This document shows positions 52,245 through 57,197 of a stretch of 57,197 bases of DNA, one piece after another. The stretch is from Methanobacteriota archaeon (GTDB taxonomy: Archaea > Thermoplasmatota > Poseidoniia > Poseidoniales > Poseidoniaceae): positions 1 to 57,197 of the forward strand of contig PSPR01000008.1 of assembly GCA_004195515.1 (NCBI GenBank). Reading direction: 5' to 3'. Position numbers and translations under genes: made by a program. How positions within the stretch are numbered: the first letter of the stretch is position 1; every line of letters starts with the position of its first letter. The notes below the pieces were generated by a model. The model was not told where the DNA came from. It saw nothing but the letters and a program-made list of their open reading frames with translations, and ran no database searches.

Positions 52245-53549
52245 ATGAATGTCGATTTCAAGCGGGTTCAACACTGGGCTGCAGGTTCTTATATCGACCT
52301 AATGTTAGCCGCTTTGGTAATGCAAATTACATTTGCTCTGACCTATACTTGGATAATAATGATGCAGAATGATTTTGTTATAGCAAATTTAGAAGAGGTG
52401 CTTTTTTCATTACAAATGCAAGTAGCTCTTGGCTGGTTGATGTGTATTATCGTAGCGATGGGGTTCAGTCTACTGCCTTTGATCTTTGATGTTGAACCCT
52501 TCGACCCAAGTTTAATGCGAATATATGCTGGATTAAATATGGCAGGCCAAGCTTCAATGACCCTCGGACTTATAATTGGCGATATAGAATTGTTTAGAAC
52601 GATGACAACCATCGGTTTAACATTCCTCTGTGCCTCTTTGGTGACCCTATTGGCTCCTGCGAGAATAATTTTCAAACAAACTCACACAGATGAAGATGCA
52701 CTTGGGCCATTCGCATATGCGATCGGGATGTTTCTCCCGGCATTAGGAATTATCATATTGACTACTTGGATAGGGAGAGATTATTCAAACTATAGTTTAG
52801 AATTTGGTGAAAAATTAATTCTAAATTTATTTTTACCTTTAGCGATGGTGTCGATATTTTTATCACACTTTAATCGCAGATTAGAATGTGAATTAATTAA
52901 ACCAAAAAACCTTGGAAAATTTTTCGGGATATATATTACTTTATTGATAATTCAATTCCTTGCCTTCCGATTGTTAAATCAGCAATATATTTCGAACGAA
53001 TTTACAGCAATTCTTGTTGCTACCCCTTATGTTTTTGGCTTTATAATGCTGCGTCCAGACAAAATAATCCAACTCATTATCAATAAAGAACCATGCCATA
53101 AAGGCATTGTTGCTGCATATTTTTGGCTGCCAATCGTTGGAATATTTGCTGCAATTGAATTATTTACTTTTTCAGCAGAATACATGATTATATCGAGGAT
53201 GATATTTATCTTTGGAGTTTGTATGCAAGGTCTATGGGGCTTTGCCTGGTATTTGCATGAAGATCATAAGAAAATATCGATTCATAGACGAAGTACACAC
53301 TGGATCACATTTGTTTCATTAAATATTGGGACAATAATTGTGATTATCGCACTTACTCCAGGTATTGGTAATATTGACAATAATATGGTATTAATAGGCT
53401 CATCACTTCAAGGAATCGCCTATATCTCGATTCTGGTAAGATGGATAAAGGATGTTGTATTCAGTTTAGATGAATGGCATAGAATTCCGATGTTTTACGA
53501 TCGGTACCTGAGTGATCCTGAACTAGGTTCAGGTTTTAATTCTCAATGA
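52245..53549 (+). CDS. Polytopic membrane protein (about 12 TM), family not recognised
   Basis: The ORF-track start at 52227 is TTG; the first ATG is 52245. The protein is hydrophobic throughout and has conserved-looking His-containing spots (QHWAAG, LSHFNRR, WYLHEDHKK). The DNA is visibly more A/T-rich than the neighbouring genes. Confidence 0.6.
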   Translation: MNVDFKRVQHWAAGSYIDLMLAALVMQITFALTYTWIIMMQNDFVIANLEEVLFSLQMQVALGWLMCIIVAMGFSLLPLIFDVEPFDPSLMRIYAGLNMAGQASMTLGLIIGDIELFRTMTTIGLTFLCASLVTLLAPARIIFKQTHTDEDALGPFAYAIGMFLPALGIIILTTWIGRDYSNYSLEFGEKLILNLFLPLAMVSIFLSHFNRRLECELIKPKNLGKFFGIYITLLIIQFLAFRLLNQQYISNEFTAILVATPYVFGFIMLRPDKIIQLIINKEPCHKGIVAAYFWLPIVGIFAAIELFTFSAEYMIISRMIFIFGVCMQGLWGFAWYLHEDHKKISIHRRSTHWITFVSLNIGTIIVIIALTPGIGNIDNNMVLIGSSLQGIAYISILVRWIKDVVFSLDEWHRIPMFYDRYLSDPELGSGFNSQ

Positions 53550-54563
53550 CCTAGCCGCGCCCAATAGCATTAGTAGTCCAAATGTGCCTACATATAAGAA
53601 CGATTTCCAAACCACTGCAGCCTCAAGTCCCCAGCCTCGCATCATAATTGAGCGGAATGCTTCTGCAGCCCAGGTGGTCGGAAGCGCTTGGCTAAACTGT
53701 GAAAGGCCGATTGGGAGCGCTTCAACAGGCCATAAAATTCCTGATAATAATAGAACAGGGAATAGTAGAGGCATTGTCAATTGCATAGCTTTGAATTCAC
53801 TATCAGCCTTGGTAGATATTAGTAATCCTAAGCACATCGAAGCCCAACCCAAAAGTAATGCTAAACAAAATAGCAGAATTATTGAGCCCTTCATCGGAAT
53901 ATCAAAGAAACCTATCGCCAATGATATTACCACCGCTACTTGACCGACTAGAACTACAGAAAAAGCGGCAATATGGCCGCTTAACACCTCGATTGGAGTG
54001 ACCCCCGCAGCAAATAAGCGATCCAATGTGCCATCGTTTCTTTCACCGACAAAAGCCATCGTGGTCAAAATAATAGAGAACATAAAGCAAACTAAAACCA
54101 TTATTCCTGGTGCTAAGAAATCAATAAATTCTGGTTCTTGTTCACCGTGAATTACCTCGCCTTGAGAAATTGGCAATTGGCCCATACTTGCTTGTACCGC
54201 AGTTTGAACCTCTTTTTGGATAGTTGCCATCACCTGTTGATTTGATGCGTCAAAATGAAGAATTATCTCTGAACCATTCGCTTCGATTACCGCCCAAGCA
54301 TCTCCTCTATCAACGGCATCTCTAGCGGTTTGAACATCGCCCATCGATGTTATGATAAGATATTCTGAGTCAGCCAATTCATCGAGGATTGGATGTTCGC
54401 CAACGGTGATCACATTGAGATCGGTTGGCGTTGCTCCCATTGCATATCCGAATAATAATATTTGAATCGCCGGCATCAATACGATGAATGCGAACATTCT
54501 GCGATCGCGCTTTATCGAAGAAAATTTCCTAGCTGCAATAGCCCAAACTCTAGCCCAGTTCAT
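53529..54563 (-). CDS. ABC-2 type exporter permease
   Basis: MNWARVWAIAARKFSSIKRDRRMFAFIVLMPAIQILLFGYA is the typical ABC-2 N-terminus. A large extracytoplasmic loop is followed by 5 C-terminal TM spans. ATG 54561-54563 overlaps the ATPase stop (ATGA). Confidence 0.75.
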   Translation of the reverse strand: MNWARVWAIAARKFSSIKRDRRMFAFIVLMPAIQILLFGYAMGATPTDLNVITVGEHPILDELADSEYLIITSMGDVQTARDAVDRGDAWAVIEANGSEIILHFDASNQQVMATIQKEVQTAVQASMGQLPISQGEVIHGEQEPEFIDFLAPGIMVLVCFMFSIILTTMAFVGERNDGTLDRLFAAGVTPIEVLSGHIAAFSVVLVGQVAVVISLAIGFFDIPMKGSIILLFCLALLLGWASMCLGLLISTKADSEFKAMQLTMPLLFPVLLLSGILWPVEALPIGLSQFSQALPTTWAAEAFRSIMMRGWGLEAAVVWKSFLYVGTFGLLMLLGAARSLRIKT

Positions 54564-55264
54564 ACTATCACCTCTCGCTTGCACAAATTTAAAAACACAT
54601 CTTCGAGCGTATTTGTATCGTGCAGTTTCATCAAAGTAGAGGGTTTATCCTCTGCCAATAATATTCCACCTCTCATCAACCCAACCCGGTCAGCTTTTCC
54701 GGCTTCGTCGATATAATGTGTGGTCAAAATAATGGTAATACCCTGTTGGGATATCTCACCGAGATAATCCCAAATCCTTGCTCGCAATTCTGGATCGACC
54801 CCCACGGTTGGCTCGTCTAGAAGCAATAACTCAGGTTCGTGTAAAAGGGCGACGCCTAAAGAAACCCGGCGCTTTTCACCACCTGATAATTTCCCGACCT
54901 GACGCTCTCCGGGAGGGAGGTCAAGGAATTGGGTTAACCACTTTTGTTTTTCATCGATTTGTTGGGGTGACATTCCATGAAGCCTACCGTGGAAAAGAAA
55001 GGTTTCGGCGATGGTTAAATCGAGATAGAGTGCGAGTTCTTGTGGAGCATAACCGACCGCACTCCCCGGGATTCCTTCAGGCACTTTTACCGAGCCGGAT
55101 TCAGGCTTGAGAAATCCTAAAATTACCTTTAGCAATGTTGTTTTCCCACAACCAGAGGGGCCTAGAAGCCCATAAATGGAGCCGTTTTCGACCTCCATAT
55201 CAAGGCCTTCGATCACTTTTATCTTGCCGTAGCCTCGGACGAGATCGTCGATATTTACCGCCAT
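54560..55264 (-). CDS. ABC transporter ATP-binding protein
   Basis: Walker A GLLGPSGCGKTT, signature LSGGEKRRV, Walker B LLLLDEPTVGVD, H-loop TTHY. ATG at 55262-55264 (MAVNIDDLVRGYG..). Confidence 0.9.
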   Translation of the reverse strand: MAVNIDDLVRGYGKIKVIEGLDMEVENGSIYGLLGPSGCGKTTLLKVILGFLKPESGSVKVPEGIPGSAVGYAPQELALYLDLTIAETFLFHGRLHGMSPQQIDEKQKWLTQFLDLPPGERQVGKLSGGEKRRVSLGVALLHEPELLLLDEPTVGVDPELRARIWDYLGEISQQGITIILTTHYIDEAGKADRVGLMRGGILLAEDKPSTLMKLHDTNTLEDVFLNLCKREVIV

Positions 55265-55286
55265 CGGTTGGTCTACTTGGCCAGTC

Positions 55287-55838
55287 TCAATTAAGTAATC
55301 GCAAGGCGGCTGGCGCGAATCCAAGCACTGTCAATTCATCTCCCTCAACCAATGAAGCAAATTCAGACATTTGACCAGCCAAATCATAGCCACCGGCTTT
55401 ACCTTTCCATGACACTGAATCGATTAATGACTTTAAATCCTCAACGGTTAATTCTGAGATTTCTACCACAGCATATTCGACAAAAAATGTCCAATCACCC
55501 AATACACAAACTCCGGTCGCTGACCAAACCTGATGTCTCCTACCACTCAATCGCTTGAGCATGGCTAATGCCTGAGCCGAATCCTCCGGCTTGCCCATCG
55601 CTGCGTTTGGGTCATCAGGATCTCCAACCAAAGTATCGGCCACAACGACATAATCATGACCGTGATTCGAGGGAACCGCTTTGGCCTTTCTCCTACAGAT
55701 ACTCAACACCTGATGCCTAACATCGCCGCTTGGAGGGCTCTCATCGACCCCCTCTAAGGGGGATGCATGTAAATCGGCTAAGAGTTTGGAAAGTATCGAA
55801 AACCTTCGGTCAGAACCACTCGCCAACCATACCGACAT
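55287..55838 (-). CDS. maf: Maf-family nucleoside-triphosphate pyrophosphatase
   Basis: LASGSDRRFSIL.., ..VVVADTLVG..GKPEDSAQALAMLKRLSGRRHQVWSATGV.., ..KGKAGGYDLAG.....LVEGDELTVLGF. ATG at 55836-55838. The longer ORF-track N-terminus overlaps the divergent gene. Confidence 0.8.
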   Translation of the reverse strand: MSVWLASGSDRRFSILSKLLADLHASPLEGVDESPPSGDVRHQVLSICRRKAKAVPSNHGHDYVVVADTLVGDPDDPNAAMGKPEDSAQALAMLKRLSGRRHQVWSATGVCVLGDWTFFVEYAVVEISELTVEDLKSLIDSVSWKGKAGGYDLAGQMSEFASLVEGDELTVLGFAPAALRLLN

Positions 55839-55901
55839 AACAAGCCGTTCGGGGGTCACCTTGAAGAGAACATCGACATTACGCCGGTATGGTGAGACCC
55901 T

Positions 55902-56621
55902 ATGACTGAGATCGAGAGAATTCCAACCCACATTGAAGGACTCGATGAAAATATGAATGGAGGAATCCCTCAAGGCCACATTTGTTTGGTCGCTGGTCAG
56001 TCAGGATCTATGAAATCTTCAGTAACATTTTCACTACTATACAACGCGGTCCTCTACGGGGATACCAGCGGAATTTATGTGACTCTTGAACAGGGAAAGG
56101 ACAGTCTGCGCTCACATATGGAAAATATGGGCATGAACGTTGACGACCCTAGGGTTCGTAACAGAATCGCTATTATCGACTTGAGCGATCTCCGGGTCCA
56201 ATTAGACGAGCAAGGCATGAGCAATCGTATCGATTGGATGGGGCAATTGATCAAACAATTGACCTCTTACCGGCAATCTATCGGCTTTGAATTATTGGTT
56301 TTCGATTCGCTCGGCGCATTTTTCACTTTAACTAAGATGGAAAATCCTAGAGACGAAATTTTCCGATTATTTGAGGCTTGTCGCCGACTTGAGTTGACTT
56401 CATTCTTCATCTGTGAGATGACTGGAGAAGACCACAAACAATTCGGAGAATATGGCGTTGAAGATTATCTTAGTGACGGAGTCATCCATTTAACCATGGA
56501 TCGAGTAGGTGATGACATCACGAGAAAAATCGGCGTCATCAAGATGCGACATACCCAACACCGCCTCGGATACGACCCATTGAATTGGAATTCTGAGGAT
56601 CAAAGATTCACAATTAAGTGA
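55902..56621 (+). CDS. KaiC/RecA-superfamily single-domain ATPase-like protein with a deviant Walker A
   Basis: IPTHIEGLDENMNGGIPQGHICLVAGQSGSMKSSVTFSLLYN has the KaiC/RadB-type N-terminus. Walker B is LLVFDSLG. GGTGA lies 7 nt upstream of the ATG. Confidence 0.65.
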   Translation: MTEIERIPTHIEGLDENMNGGIPQGHICLVAGQSGSMKSSVTFSLLYNAVLYGDTSGIYVTLEQGKDSLRSHMENMGMNVDDPRVRNRIAIIDLSDLRVQLDEQGMSNRIDWMGQLIKQLTSYRQSIGFELLVFDSLGAFFTLTKMENPRDEIFRLFEACRRLELTSFFICEMTGEDHKQFGEYGVEDYLSDGVIHLTMDRVGDDITRKIGVIKMRHTQHRLGYDPLNWNSEDQRFTIK

Positions 56622-56693
56622 TTTTTCCACACTTGAACTTTATGGGATATTTCATATCTTAGGTGTTGACCCAAAGTTTCCATGCACCGGCAA

Positions 56694-57197
56694 TCACTCG
56701 ACGGTGACCGACTTAGCTAAGTTCCTTGGTCGATCGACATCACATCCATTCGCTAAAGCGGTATGGTAAGCGATCAACTGTAGAGGAACAACTGTCAGTA
56801 ATGGCGAAAGCAATGGGTCACACGGAGGAACTGCAATCGTAACATCTCCTTCTAGGGCTACATCATCACCTTCTTCATGGATAAGAATTATTTTTGCACC
56901 ACGTGCTTTACATTCATGAATCGAACTAAGAGTTTTCTCCTTATGTTTATCGTTTGGAACCACGACTACTACAGGTGAGCCTTCTTCCAAAAGTGCAATC
57001 GGTCCATGCTTCATCTCGCCAGCAGGATATGCCAAACAAGGGATATAGGCGATTTCCATTAATTTTAATGCTCCTTCTCTAGCGACAGGAGTTGAAAGGC
57101 CACGTCCAAGGAATAGAACGCACTTTGCATCCTTTACCAACTCAACCGCTTCCATTATTGGACCTTCATTTGCCAAATATTTAGACACTTTATCTGG
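56694..57197 (-). CDS. glmS: Glutamine--fructose-6-phosphate aminotransferase, C-terminal SIS domain only; the gene continues beyond the right edge
   Basis: ..FLGRGLSTPVAREGALKLMEIAYIPCLAYPAGEMKHGPIALLEEGSPVVVVVP... ends with the hallmark DVDRPRNLAKSVTVE. The reading frame stays open to position 57197; the 'start' at 57188 in the track is an internal GTG. Confidence 0.92.
   Translation of the reverse strand, partial: PDKVSKYLANEGPIMEAVELVKDAKCVLFLGRGLSTPVAREGALKLMEIAYIPCLAYPAGEMKHGPIALLEEGSPVVVVVPNDKHKEKTLSSIHECKARGAKIILIHEEGDDVALEGDVTIAVPPCDPLLSPLLTVVPLQLIAYHTALANGCDVDRPRNLAKSVTVE

Noticed and set aside
51660-55838. Interpreting SepF-like + Maf ('septum formation' protein) + ABC exporter as a cell-division gene cluster
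   Set aside because: Maf proteins are now understood as nucleotide pyrophosphatases. The genes lie on different strands in separate units (sepF-like with the giant paralogs; maf with the ABC-2 exporter). The adjacency is most simply coincidental.
28483-56621. A possible anti-phage defence island (MutS-like ATPase, DHH phosphoesterase, KaiC-like ATPase)
   Set aside because: The three genes are dispersed among housekeeping genes. None has an adjacent nuclease, effector or sensor partner. The DHH gene is explained better by its cysDNC linkage. There are no hallmarks of mobile islands (integrase, tRNA, direct repeats).
1-57197. Search for tRNA, rRNA, CRISPR arrays, IS elements or integrases and long tandem repeats
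   Set aside because: The intergenic spacers are all 113 nt or shorter, and by eye none folds into a cloverleaf or contains repeat-spacer periodicity. No ORF has transposase, integrase or Cas-like motifs. The only DNA-level repeats seen are the paralogous archaellin N-termini (1-176 vs 631-806) and an 18-nt duplication in the collagen-like run (about 12050-12095).

Overview
Almost gap-free archaeal chromosomal segment. The archaeal call rests on a TATA-binding protein, tandem archaellins, mevalonate kinase and an aconitase-X protein. The gene content suggests a marine heterotrophic Thermoplasmatota lineage (Marine Group II / Poseidoniales-like): secreted peptidases and hydrolases, an archaellum and many giant surface proteins. 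That taxon call is inference only. Housekeeping genes: ileS, cysS, nadE, tbp, mvk, glmS (partial), bcp, maf and an ABC-2 exporter. Five very large (0.9-1.6 k aa) secreted, membrane-anchored proteins are interspersed among them. I found no rRNA, tRNA, CRISPR array, transposase or integrase. Five things look most worth follow-up. (1) A DHH phosphoesterase-cysD-cysNC operon (a PAPS generator plus a putative pAp phosphatase) is convergent with a glycosyltransferase and an orphan 190-aa gene, which points to a candidate sulfation module. (2) Two tandem giant PKD-repeat paralogs share a short cytoplasmic tail motif (GLPxGWTMxQWxxYGxQY) and are followed after 13 nt by a SepF-fold protein. (3) Two archaellin genes lie at the tail of a tightly packed same-strand block headed by an orphan 167-aa protein, a 1606-aa CARDB-array protein ending in a 5-TM module, and a signal-less coiled-coil/beta-sandwich protein. 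(4) A single-chain (fused) aconitase-X occurs in an archaeon. (5) The TBP carries a roughly 25-30 aa insertion in its second repeat. All functional calls come from motif recognition by eye; no searches were run.
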